A DNA stretch of 63,839 bases, the filler included, from Craspedostauros australis (taxonomy: Eukaryota), in NCBI GenBank assembly GCA_030167865.1. It is 8 parts of 8 records of this genome, joined end to end, with 100 filler letters (N's around TTAATTAATTAA, not from the genome) between each part and the next. Parts side by side here need not be neighbours in the genome. Positions count along the whole stretch, not along the records: positions 1 to 16,087 come from JALAGF010005682.1; 7 more parts are not named here. The stretch is one strand, 5' to 3'. The notes beneath the pieces were generated by a model, which saw only the letters and a program-made list of their open reading frames with translations, searched no databases and was not told where the DNA came from. Shown here one piece after another: positions 1 through 11,590 of this stretch. The translations under genes were made by a program, and so were the position numbers. The first letter of the stretch is position 1. Each line of letters begins with the position of its first letter.

Positions 1-820
1 ATGAAGGAGAATACGGAATCTCCGGAGTTGGTGGAACAAAATGTGAGGACACAATTGCTTCGGCGAGTCAGAGCTGCAATGGAGGGACTAAAAAAATAAA
101 TTAGCACTGCAATTGACATCGAGAATTCTTCTTTTGGCGATCCGAATCAAGGTACAAAGACACTGAATCTGGCCGTTGTGCGCTAGTCGTGTCTAGATGA
201 GCGCGAAATCAATGGGTCCATAAAAATTAAAATTCGACAATAAAGAAAAATCGGCGTCCACTGTGATTCTTATATTTTTCTCTAGTTTATGAATATGTGG
301 GTGGTTTGGTTGAAAGCCCCGTAAGTTGCCACCCCTTCAGGACCGACTGCAGGTCCCGTCACACAACCGGGTCATATCTCCCTATTGATCTGTCGCATTC
401 GTTGATCTTCTTCGATGGTCTTGATCGTAGTCGAATCGGTCGAAGATTCGGGTTTTCGAAGATCCGCAAAAGAGAACTCTGTTGTGGTGGGAACGTGTTT
501 CCTTCCTTCTTGTTGTCTGTGTCCATTTCCGTGATGGATGAGAACAGAAGGATCCAAACCACACGATCTTGACGCGTACGATCAAGAGGAGGCAAACACA
601 AACAACAACACACACCAATCAACCCCATAATCGAGCACATCAACAACAGACATCGAACTGCCACTCATAGTCATCACACAGCGAATAGTACTCATCCTAA
701 TACAAGCTATTGAAGACACCACCATTGATATCTCTGCCATAGTAGATAGCTCAGACAACACACTTCCTTGACAGCCAATCCCACACCAGTCGTCCAGCAA
801 CCATCGACCAGCCTCTCAAA

Positions 821-2463
821 ATGCCGAATATCACAGACTACCAACTCCTTGATGCTGCCAGTGCAGGTGACTTGTGGGTGTTGAAGGAATGGAAGAAGCA
901 GAACAAGACGCAGAATGAAGGAGTTGACATCAACAAGGTTACAGACGACATGGGTTCCACTCCCCTTCATGAGGCATGCATTGAGGGCCACCTGGAGTGT
1001 GTGAAGTACCTCTTCGAATCATGTGGGGCTGACGTCAACCGCAAAGCCAGGCTTGGTTCTACTCCCCTTATTGATGCATGTGGCAGGGGCCAGCTGTGGT
1101 GTGTGAAGTACCTCATTGAATCATGTGGGGCTGACATCAACTGCAAAAGCTGCGATGGTGACACCCCCCTTCAGCAGGCATGCAAACACGGCCAACTGGA
1201 GTGTGTGAAGTACCTCATCGAATCATGTGGGGCTGACGTCAACTGCAAAGGCAAGTATGGTGAAACTCCCCTTCATCATGCATGCCTGTACGAGCACGTG
1301 GAGTGCATGAATTACCTCGTGGCATCAGCCAATGCTGATACCGGCATCCAAAACAACGACAACAAAACACCCCTCGAATTCTTCAATGCAAAACTTCGAA
1401 TCATTTCTCAACATCTCAACCATCTGAGTCGCTGCAACTCGCGACTGCGGCAACAGTTGGAACGGGAGAAGCAGGAGAACGAACAACTGAAACACCAGTT
1501 GGGACAGAAGTTGAAGCGGAAGGAACAAGAGAATGAACAACTGCAACAACAGTTGAGACACCAGCCGAAGCGAAAGAAGCAAGAGAATGAACACAACACA
1601 GTAGCCACAAGAGGACCAACATCAGCATCGGAGAAGACTGGCTCAGATCCTTCCAAGCCGAGAACAGGACAGGCACCATCTTCTTGTGCGAACAAGGAGA
1701 CAACCAACAACAGCCAATCAAGGCCAACTCTGGAGTCCTCATGATCACCGTCCCATCCATTGAGACTCTGATCAACTCTGGAATCCAACACCAGCACGCG
1801 AATGATGACACCGAAGACGGCGCAGCTCCCATGCAAACAACCATTCCTCTTCCCAACCTTCAACCAAAACACGTCCGATACGTCCTCCAATGCATCTACA
1901 CAGGTGAGATATCCTTCGACAACAACAATCATGATGACAACGCCAATACCGGTGACACAAACCAGCCAACTCCCACCCTCACTGGACAAGATCATCTGCA
2001 ACAGCTGATCCTTGTGGCCAACGAGTTCAGCTTCTGGCGACTCAAGCTTGTTCTTGAAGCAGAGTTGGCCCGCAAGCATCTCACAGAGGACACCATGATA
2101 GATGTGTTGATATTCGCTCATCAGCACAACTGCGTGGTGTTGAAGGATATGGCGATGAGAATGGCAGCTGAAAGTGAGAAGGATACGTTCACTCATCTAG
2201 ATTTAAGCAAACTAATTCTACAACCTCAACTGATGGGAGGTATTTGTGTCCTCCGCAATGGGGGAGCGGAGAGTGATGGTATTGAAGATGAGTACAGTCA
2301 TATGTCCATGATGGAGCTGTACAAGGTTGTCGATGAGGACAAGGGTACAGAACAAATGGATTCATACATGGATCGGGTGACATTGGTGGACTTCGTCTGC
2401 TCTATGACTACCAAATCATCCATAGTGGTTGAGACGGATGGTGCTGGTGCAGAAGAGGAGTGA
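821..2463 (+). CDS. Ankyrin repeat-coiled coil-BTB/3-box protein, paralog 1 (frameshifted at ~1591-1615)
   Basis: Four 34-aa GxTPLHxAC..GHLECVKYL repeats and a Q/E/K coil (ORF 821-1744). BTB-like IKANSGVL..LPNLQPKHVRYVLQCIY..LILVANEF..RLKL lies in another frame (ORF 1684-2463). Paralog 3 has both parts in one frame. Confidence 0.85.
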
Positions 2464-2579
2464 AGCGCCACACCAGACCATGCCATGCCATACCGTACCA
2501 GAAATCTTCCACAAGTGAACGCATGACAGAATTGAGTCGACGGATAAAATAGTCGTCAGAATAGTCATTAGGATAGTAA

Positions 2580-3830
2580 CTATGTGAAAGGAGGTGGAGC
2601 AACTTGAGATCCAATCATTGAATGGTGCGTCCGGCATGCCTTCACCGTCGCCTTTGGTGATATGCACAGCATGCTGCTCCATGCAGTCCCGTATCGTTCG
2701 CAGCGCGGTCTGGCTGGGCCGCGAGATGCGCATGATCTTCTGTGCATGAATTGCAGATGATCCCGGTTGGCGCACGGCACGTTGGTGTGCAGCATCATTG
2801 GCCAATGCGACATGAAGAAGATGGTTCAGCCACCGCTGTCATCGCCGTGATCGTCGTTGCCGATCATATGGTTTCCACGTTCGTTGGTTTCGTTAGTGTG
2901 GAAGGAGTTTTTGCGGGAAACGATGGTGGACCCCGCGGGCATCATGCATGGCTTGTTGGACTCGAATCCAACTTGATGAAGTGGAGCGTACTGCGACTGT
3001 CAGCTTGTTGTTGTTGTTGCTGTTGCTGTTAGTGCAGTTCGTGCATGATGTTGCGCAAGGTACAAGCGTATGCCAGCAGTTGCATGGTTTTCGATATGGC
3101 CGACAAAGATGACGAGCAAAGGGAGAAGTCGCCGATGCCATTGCACAGGATTTCAATAATGGTGGATCCAAGGAGACAGTGCCTCTGTCTCATCATGTGC
3201 GGTTTGTGGTGGGGACGTATCGCTTTGAGCATCGGTATGAACAAGCGTGGCTGGTTGTGGTACGTGTTGTGGAAACTGAGGAATATCTCCGAGCTGATGG
3301 CTCTGCAATTCTCGAAAGAAGTCGCTGCGGCCGATCTCACGGATGCACCCGTCCAACATTTGCTGCATCTCCGTTTCCGACAGTGCATCGGACGTTTATG
3401 TGCGTGCGTGCGGCTGCTGATGACTTGAATCCAGACCGCACCATGGGCCATGACATGTCTTGCCGTTGCTGTTGCCATTACAGTTGGTTCTGTTGTTGGC
3501 GCTGCCATTGCCCATGTCCCAAGCTCTCCTCTACTCCGGAGCAATTGGTTTGACATCTTCCTTTCTGATGTTGTTGAGCGATCTGACAAGTTTGGGAACG
3601 CTGTTTGTCGCCGCTTGCCACTCATCATCAGCGTCATCATCATCATCAGCATCATCGGCATCATCATTGTCTCTTGCAATGGTCGCCTTCGTTGATTCTG
3701 GTTGGCGTGCCATAATTTGCGCAGCCGCTACTTACTTGATTACTTCATTGCTTCGCTGCCTTGTTGCTTCGTTGCGTGACGGACAATGTCTCAGTGTTGG
3801 CTGATACCTCCATCAATGCAAACATAGTCA
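2580..3830 (-). pseudogene. Degraded gene of unknown family, copy 1
   Basis: Protein-like fragments (HNQPRLFIPMLK..RHCLLGSTIIEILCNGIGDFS..) conserved with copy 2 but split by stops and frameshifts; ends approximate. Confidence 0.5.
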
Positions 3831-4066
3831 TGCCATTTCATTTTTCTTGCTCTCTCTTTCTCGCTCTCTCTCGTTGTGTTGAAGTCGCTTGATGGATCAT
3901 GGGTGCAAAATCGAAGATTCGTTGTTTTGGGTGGTGTCAAGAATTGTTGGCGTGTTTGTTGAGTACTCGTCTGTCTGCCATCCGTAGTTCATTCAACCAA
4001 TGACGCACACAAACACTCACAACGAACATCTCTCTGTTCTCTTCATTCGACACAACTCTGTTCGAC

Positions 4067-6480
4067 GATGGTGATGGTGATGGCGACCCCTCCAACAGCG
4101 CCGCATCCCTTCACAATTGGTACCACCGACGCAAACACCAACACAAACAATCAGACAAGATGATGAGACATCGACATCCAAGAGGAACTGTGGGAAGCCT
4201 CGCCAGTTGCTCCGCATCTTGACCCACCCGTCCTACGACCAAGAGTATTACTATGGAACCTTCCATGAGCACGATCTACTCTGGGAGTTGCCACAGCCAA
4301 GCGTCCAGCCTGATAGGTACTCTGTTCGAACCTTCGTCCAGCCCGTGCGGTCATGCGGTCATGACGATCGAAGTTGCTGGAAGAGGACGGTGTCAGACTG
4401 ATAGCTGAGAAGCAAACGGAGACCAAGCAATCGCAACAGGCCGACACGAAATCGAAGGCGAGCAAGCCCACAAGCGTAGCCAAAGAGGCCAAAGCAGCTG
4501 CAAAATCAGGTCGTCGTGCGAGTGTCAGCACAGATACACCAAGCAGTGCCAACAGAAGTACAGCAAAAGATGCGAAAGCTTCGGCTGTGAAACGATCACA
4601 TGCGAAGAGTCTGGACATGCTCGACATTCTTGACATGCAAGCTCACGAGATGTCATTCAGCTCCTTTGATCCCAGCAAGTTCATCAACAACGAATCGATA
4701 CCGTCGCCAAACACCCCAGATGGACTCAGCTTCGCCACAGCCCCAGCACTCGGCGCAACCCGCGAACGGAGCAGCCAAGACAAGATGATGCTTGCCCAGA
4801 GTCGGAGACGCAGGCCAACGACACAAACGAATTCCAACGGAACGACCAGCACCGACAAATCGAGGAGCAAGAGTTTGGAATTCTTGGAATTCTTGAAAGA
4901 CGGGCACATCCGGCACACCAGGCGCGATGAGCGCAGCCAGCACGCTGGCCCTACCTCGAGTTGCGACAACGAAAAAGTCTCGCAGCAAGAGCCCGGAGTC
5001 ACTCTCCAATCTGCCAAGTCTCCAAGACGACGACGATGGCAGCGTCGACGTTGCGCCAAGTGTTGCTGCAACGAACGGTGGGAGAAGCTCTGCGGCCCCT
5101 GTCACGCCTGGAGGTCAGAGCGCGGCATCTACACCAGCCCCCTTCAGTCGCACACATGAATAGAGACAGCAGTCTTTGTCGTTGAACAAGTGCAGGTCGG
5201 CGTTGGACAGCATCCTCAAGGTCAAACGATCATCAATACGTGAAGTGTCGTTGACCCATCCTCCCAAATCGAAGCAACGACCATCTCTCGAATCTTGACC
5301 ATCGCAATTGGCCGATCTTGCCTTGACTGAAGCATCCGCAAAGGCGTCATCATCGCCGTCATCATCGCCGTCGCCACCGTCATCATCATCACAGTCCAAA
5401 TCCAAACTCAATCTTCAACAGTTCGAACGCAACCACGAACATGGAGGTGTCTCGGCCACAACCCCAAGCCCCATCCAGTCCTGGAGCCTTGAGTTTGGCA
5501 ATTGAATTGAAATCGAACAAGAAGGAACGAGGGGCTCCTTCTCACAACAGATCTGCACGCAGTTCGTTGCGCCCAAGTGAAGACTCAAAGCAACGACGTT
5601 CACGTGGACGAAGCACGGGTGCTCTGCGCGATGAGATGAAGGAAAGGATCTCCAAGGTGCTTGGCAATGGGTCCCGACGTCACCACTCCAGCAAAACATG
5701 AGGCGTGTCATCACCATTGATATTACCATCGATATCACCGTCTCCACGGCACTGGCGGAGAAGCGCACAGCACACCAGTGGCAAGCCGCACTCGACATCG
5801 TCAAGATCAAAGAGTGTGGAGCGTTCGCCATCATTGAGTCATCGTCGCGACGGAGCAATGCACACTTGCTCCTCTGGAAGAAGCTGCCGCTCGCCATTGG
5901 CGTGGAGTCGTCGAGGCCCGTCTGATCGCTACCGCAGAAGAACTGCGCAAGTATCGATGGACTCATCTCCATCATTGCAGAGACAACGAACATCTGGCTG
6001 TTTGGATGATATGAACGCAGCCTCGCGTTCACGCCAATCCAACTCAAATGCGCACTCCACTGGTACTGGTTTGCAACGGCGCAACGGCTCACCTTCGTGA
6101 AAGCATGACCGAGGAAGGTCGCGAAGACCAAATCAACGTGACCGTAGCCAATCGACACCATGTGGCGAAGATCAACGAAGGAAGTCCTCCGATGAACGAT
6201 CACCATCGGCGCGACAACGAAACAGATCAAGAGGATATCGAATTGACAGCGTCGAACGGCACAGCAATGAGCGAGATGAAGATGGACGGCATTGTAAACA
6301 ACGACATGGCAAGGAACGCCCGTCATCACACGGGCCCTTCAATCAAATCGCCGTGGACGAAGCAGATCGTCGACTCGCGATGCTGTCTACCATGAGAAGC
6401 TGTCTGACACCAAGCCACTGCAACTCACACCAAATAAAGCGGTCAGGAGCAAAAGCTCATCTCAGTACCGCAATCGCTTG
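4067..6480 (+). pseudogene. Degraded Ser/Arg-rich, probably disordered protein gene, copy 1
   Basis: ORF pieces 4374-5159 and 6048-6395 match 14026-14640 and 15650-16084; several stops and frameshifts. Confidence 0.5.
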
Positions 6481-8260
6481 ATGAATGGTACCAAAACTCT
6501 CACCTGTGATGCATCACGACACGATGGGATGGAATGAGATGAGATGGATGGGCCGCTCCGTACTCGTATCATATGCATAGAGGTGTGGTAGACTCACGTC
6601 GCTGTAATATAATACACCTACGAATAGACTGTAATGTTCTATGATATATAGGATTGGAACAGTACCGCAAGCATTGTATCTGCTTGTGCCATAGAATGCT
6701 GAGATGAAGGCACCGGATGTTTCAAGAGATTGAAGGGTTGGATACTGCTCCCACGCTGCCTCCACCTTGTGTACGACGAGTCTGGTCTGCTCTCTGCGGT
6801 ACAGTACATACCCACACAGGGATGTTGCCGATGTCATTCATGAGCAGATTGAACGTCCGTGGTTCCATCCACACTCCGCCATCAGCATCGTTGTTGGTTC
6901 GTTGCGCAGACAAAGGACGAATGGCAACAGCATTGTCACAAGCCGTGCGGTCGTCACAGGGCAGTCGTCACCGTACCACCGGATTCGCACACAGAGCACT
7001 CTACTCCAAGTCACACTACCAAGCAGATGCAAAGCAACAGTGCCGATGCCAGCCGATCCAAGTTTGTGGAAGAGACGATCTACGAAGAGCACATGGCGAA
7101 CATGGTAGAGGGAAATGATGGGAAGCCATGAGGAGCATGGTTGCTGCGCGATTCCATCGACCGTCCCGTATCACGCTATTGTCCTCATCTCACCATGAGT
7201 TGCACTCCGCCATTGCGCCAACACTGCAGTCGAGACCCTTATCAAGTCCCAGGAGGAGCGATCACTCGCGGTTACAGCAACAATTGCCAGGGTCACCATC
7301 CATTCCATTCTTCGAAGCGACCAGTGCCAGCGTGGCGGAAATACAAGAACCGACGAGCCAGCGCAGTCCAAACATCCAGAGAGCTTGACGAGCAACAGAA
7401 GAAACCAACGAACCAACCAACAAGCAACCCCATGCAGAGTGTGAGTACTGTATTGCGGATCATGGTTGATACAGAGTTTCCATATGGTGCAAGAAGTACG
7501 TGGTCAGCGATCCATGGCCCATGCGCGCACCGTACACCCACATATCCTCCTTTGTGGTGCTCCCAACTTCGTTCGTGAGGCGGAGGTTCTTGTCGATCGC
7601 CTCGGTTGAGCATCGATGCTCTGGAAGTCACGAGCCAAGATGGCGGCACTCATGCCTATTGATAGAATGCGCATGGTGTTGTGTGTTGGTGGTCCGTGCG
7701 GCAGGAACAGTGGAGGCGGCACGGTATCACTCAGCTTGTTGATTGCTGAACGTGTCAACTCATCCCAATACGCAATGTGGTGTTGGTTGGATGTGGAGGA
7801 CTCTTGTTGCCCGCGCGGATGGTGATGGTTGCAGTGCGGTGGGATGGCAACCAGTCAAATCCAAATGAGATGGGTCGCAACTAACAAAGGCAGTCACATC
7901 GGTGGCTTCATGGTTGTTCAAGGCATTGGTTCACACCTCCAGTTGGTGCTTGCGATGGCAGGCGGACAAGGGTCAGCGGTCTTGCAGATGCCACGATGAT
8001 GCAAGCAAGCGTGGGCCATGATGCACATGGTGGTGGCGGCGGTGGTGGCGACGATGACAGCTGTCTGTGTTTCCGAAGACTTTCACGTTGTTTGCTTCGG
8101 ATTGGTGTTGCNTTGATTGTGGCCAAACGAGAACTCTGTTGTGGTGCTTCTTTCTTGTTGTTGGTCGCACGCATTTTCGTGATGGATGGGAACAGAAAGA
8201 TCCAATCCGTGCGAACCAGACGTGTTTGATCAAGAGAAGGAGACAAACACAGGCAAACAG

Positions 8261-8619
8261 TGTTAAAATAGCGCGCTGCGGAATCGAACCACGGAGCCAG
8301 TCCACGCCCTGCATGAACACAAGAAATTAACGCTTATAACCCATGTCGCGACACCCTCCCTAATTCTTGGATTCATGCCCTTGAGCCCCCCTATCATGAG
8401 GACCCCCCNNNNNNNNNNNNNNNNNNNNNNNNNNNNNNNNNNNNNNNNNNNNNNNNNNNNNNNNNNNNNNNNNNNNNNNNNNNNNNNNNNNNNNNNNNNN
8501 NNNNNNNNNNNNNNNNNNNNNNNNNNNNNNNNNNNNGCGCGCTGCGGAATCGAACCACGGAGCCAGTCCACGCCCTGCATGAACACAAGAAATTAACGCT
8601 TATAACCCATGTCGCGACA
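8261..8619 (-). mobile_element. LTR retroelement with 93-bp LTRs, interior mostly hidden in a gap
   Basis: Direct repeats 8261-8353 and (8537)-8619 with TGT..ACA ends. Minus-strand PPT AGGGAGGG at 8354-8361. AAACAG flanks both sides (8255-8260, 8620-8625). Confidence 0.75.
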
Positions 8620-8915
8620 AAACAGAAGGAGGAGACCATGCGAACAAGACAACAACACACACACATCACTCAACACCATACTCAACCGCGTGAACAACAG
8701 ACATCGAATTGCCACTCATCCTACTATTCATCACACAGCGTATGGTACTCATACTCATACTAATACAAGCTGTTGCATACACAAACATCGATATCTCTTC
8801 CATAGGCAGCTCCGACCACAGACATCCTCGACAGCCAATCCAACGTAAATCGTCCAACGTCCAACGTCCAACGTCTATCGTCCAGCAACCATCGACCATT
8901 CACCACACTCTCAAA

Positions 8916-9589
8916 ATGCCGAGTGTTACCAACCAACAACTCATTGATGCTGCCAAGGTCGGTGACTTGTCAGTGTTGAAGGAGTGGAAGAAGCAGAACA
9001 AGACGCAGAATGAAAGAGTTAATGTCAACAAGGTTACAGGCTGGCTTGGTCGCACTCCCCTTCATGAGGCATGCGACAACGGTCACCTGGAGTGTGTGAA
9101 GTACCTCATCGAATCATGTGGGGCGAATGCCAACTGCCAAAGCAACAATGGTTGGACTCCCCTTCATCATGCATGCTCCAAAGGCCGCCTGGAGTGTGCG
9201 AAGTATCTCATCAGATCATGTGAGGCAAACATCAACTGCAAAAACAACGATGGTTGGACTCCCCTTCATGATGCATGCTACAACGACCAGCTGGAGTGTG
9301 TCAAGTACCTCATCGAATCATGTGAGGCGGACATCAACTGCAAAAGCAACCATGGTTGGACTCCCCTTCATTGGGCATGCTACAATGGCCACCTGGAGTG
9401 TGTGGAGTACCTCGTTAAATCAGCCAATGCCGATACCGACATCCAAGACAACAGCAACAAAGCACCCCTCGATGTAATCGGTGTGAAACTTGCAATCAAG
9501 ATGATAAAACGTCTCGATCATCTGAGTCACCGTAACTCACAACTGCAGAAGAAGAACGAACACCTGGAACAGCACTTGGAACGGGAGAA
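8916..9589 (+). CDS. Ankyrin repeat protein, paralog 2 (3' end lost in gap)
   Basis: ATG in the same CTCAAAATGCCG context as paralog 1; four ankyrin repeats and the start of the coiled coil. Confidence 0.85.
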
Positions 9590-9640
9590 GNNNNNNNNNN
9601 NNNNNNNNNNNNNNNNNNNNNNNNNNNNNNNNNNNNNNNN

Positions 9641-11384
9641 AGAAGCAGAACAAGACACATCATGAAGGAGATGGTGTCAACTGCAAAGACATCCACGATT
9701 TCACTCCCCTTCAATGGGCATGCTGCTACGGCCACCTGGAGTGTGTCAAGTACCTCATCGAATCATGTGAGGCGGACATCAACTGCAAAACCAACTATGG
9801 TTACACTCCCCTTCATTGGGCATGCTACAACGGCCACCTGGAGTGTGCCAAGTACCTCATCGAATCATGTGAGGCGGACATCAACTGCAAAAGCAACGAT
9901 GGTTCCACTCCCCTTCATGATGCATGCTCCAAAGGCCAGCTGGAGTGTGTTGTGTACCTCGTTGCATCAGCCAATGCCGATACCGACATTGAAAACAACA
10001 ACAACAAAACGCCCCTCGATGTGATCGATGCAACACTTCAAATCAAGATAAACCGTCTCACACATCTGAGTCGCTGCAACTCACAACTGAAACAGCAGTT
10101 GAAATGGAAGGAGGAAGAGAAGACACAGAAGGAGGAAGAGCATGAACAACTGAAACAGCAGTTGGAACGGGAGGAGGAAGAGAAGAAGCAGAAGGAGCAA
10201 GAAAACGAACAACTGAAACGGCAGTTGGAACGGAAGGAGGAAGAGAAGACACAGAAGGAGCAAGAAAACGAACAACTGAAACAGCAGTTGGGACGAGAGG
10301 AGGAAGAGAAGAAGCAGAAGGAGCAAGAAAACGAACAACTGAAACGGCAGTCGGAACAGAAGGAGCAAGAGAAGACCCAGAAGGAGCAGGAGAACGAACA
10401 ACTGAAACAGCAGTTGGAACAGCAGAAGGAAGAAATGCAGCACATGCTCTCGAAAAGTCAACAGGAGAACGAACAACTGAAACAGCAGCTGAAACAACAT
10501 CTCAAGATCAGCATCGACCAAGATCGTCTCGTCGCTATTCGTGCTGAGGCCATCGCAGACATTACCTTCCTGTGTGGACAAGGAGACGAACAACAAGCAA
10601 TCAAGGCCAACTCCGGAGTCCTCAGGGTCACTGTTCCATCCATTCAGACACTGATCAACAAAGGAATCCAACATCAGCACNCGAATGATGACACCNAAGA
10701 CGGCGCGGTCCCCATCGAAACAACNATCCCTCTCCCCAACCTTCAACCAAAACACGTCCGATATGTTCTCCAATGCATCTACGCAGGCGAGATATCCTTC
10801 AACAACAACGCTCATAATGGCAACGCTGCTGCTCACGTCAGCGCTCACATGGGCGCTCACTCCAACTCACACCACGATACAAATGCCTCTCACCAGCCAA
10901 CTCACACCCTCAATGGACAGGATGATCTGCAACAGCTCATCCTTGTGGCCAACGAGTTCGGCTTCTGGCGACTCAAGCTTGCTCTTGAAGCAGAGTTGGC
11001 CCGCAAGCATCTCACAGAGGACACCATGATAGATGTGTTGATATTCGCCCATCAACACAACTGTGTGGTGTTGAAGGATACCGCAATGAGAATGGCAGCT
11101 GAAAATGAGAACAAATTGTTCAGTCATCCAGATTCCAAGCAGCTATTTCATCACCCTCACCTAATGGGAGTCATTNNNNNNNNNNNNNNNNNNNNNNNNN
11201 NNNNNNNNNNNNNNNNNNNNNNNNNTCCATGATGGAGCTGTACAAGGTCATAGATGAGGACAAGGGTACAGAACAAGTGGATTCATACATGGATTGTGCG
11301 ACATTGGTGAACTTCGTCCGCTCTCTGAGTACCAAATCATCCATAGTGGTTGAGACGGACGGTGCTGCTGCAGAAGAGGAGTGA
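9641..11384 (+). CDS. Ankyrin-coiled coil-BTB protein, paralog 3 (5' end in gap)
   Basis: Frame open from 9643 (KQNKTHHEGDGVNCK..) through three ankyrin repeats, coil and BTB to a gap at 11176. C-terminus ..AAEEE* matches paralog 1. Confidence 0.85.
10084..10420 (+). repeat. 63-bp coding tandem repeat (21 aa, three heptads), about 5 copies
   Basis: Unit ENEQLKRQLERKEEEKTQKEQ; GAACAACTGAAAC recurs every 63 nt. Confidence 0.9.
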
Positions 11385-11590
11385 AGTGTCAGACCATTTC
11401 ATACCATGCCATACCGTACCAGAAATCTTCCACAAGTGAACGCNNNNNNNNNNNNNNNNNNNNNNNNNNNNNNNNNNNNNNNNNNNNNNNNNNNNNNNNN
11501 NNNNNNNNNNNNNNNNNNNNNNNNNNNNNNNNNNNNNNNNNNNNNNNNNNNNNNNNNNNNNNNNNNNNNNNNNNNNNNNNNNNNNNNNNN

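Larger units (their letters stand above)
465..6484. repeat. Segmental duplication, cassette copy 1 (ANK-BTB gene plus two decayed genes)
   Basis: Colinear similarity to 8120-16087, from GAGAACTCTGTTGTGGTG (~472 vs ~8129) to CTTGATGA (6484 vs 16087). Confidence 0.9.

Noticed and set aside
6485..8120. A gene in the inter-cassette segment
   Set aside because: Only short overlapping ORFs with no recognisable motif; a decayed gene cannot be excluded.
940..10020. Diversity-generating retroelement acting on the ankyrin repeats
   Set aside because: No non-coding template repeat or DGR-type RT is visible, and I see no adenine-specific substitution pattern. The only RT is Copia-type and on another scaffold.
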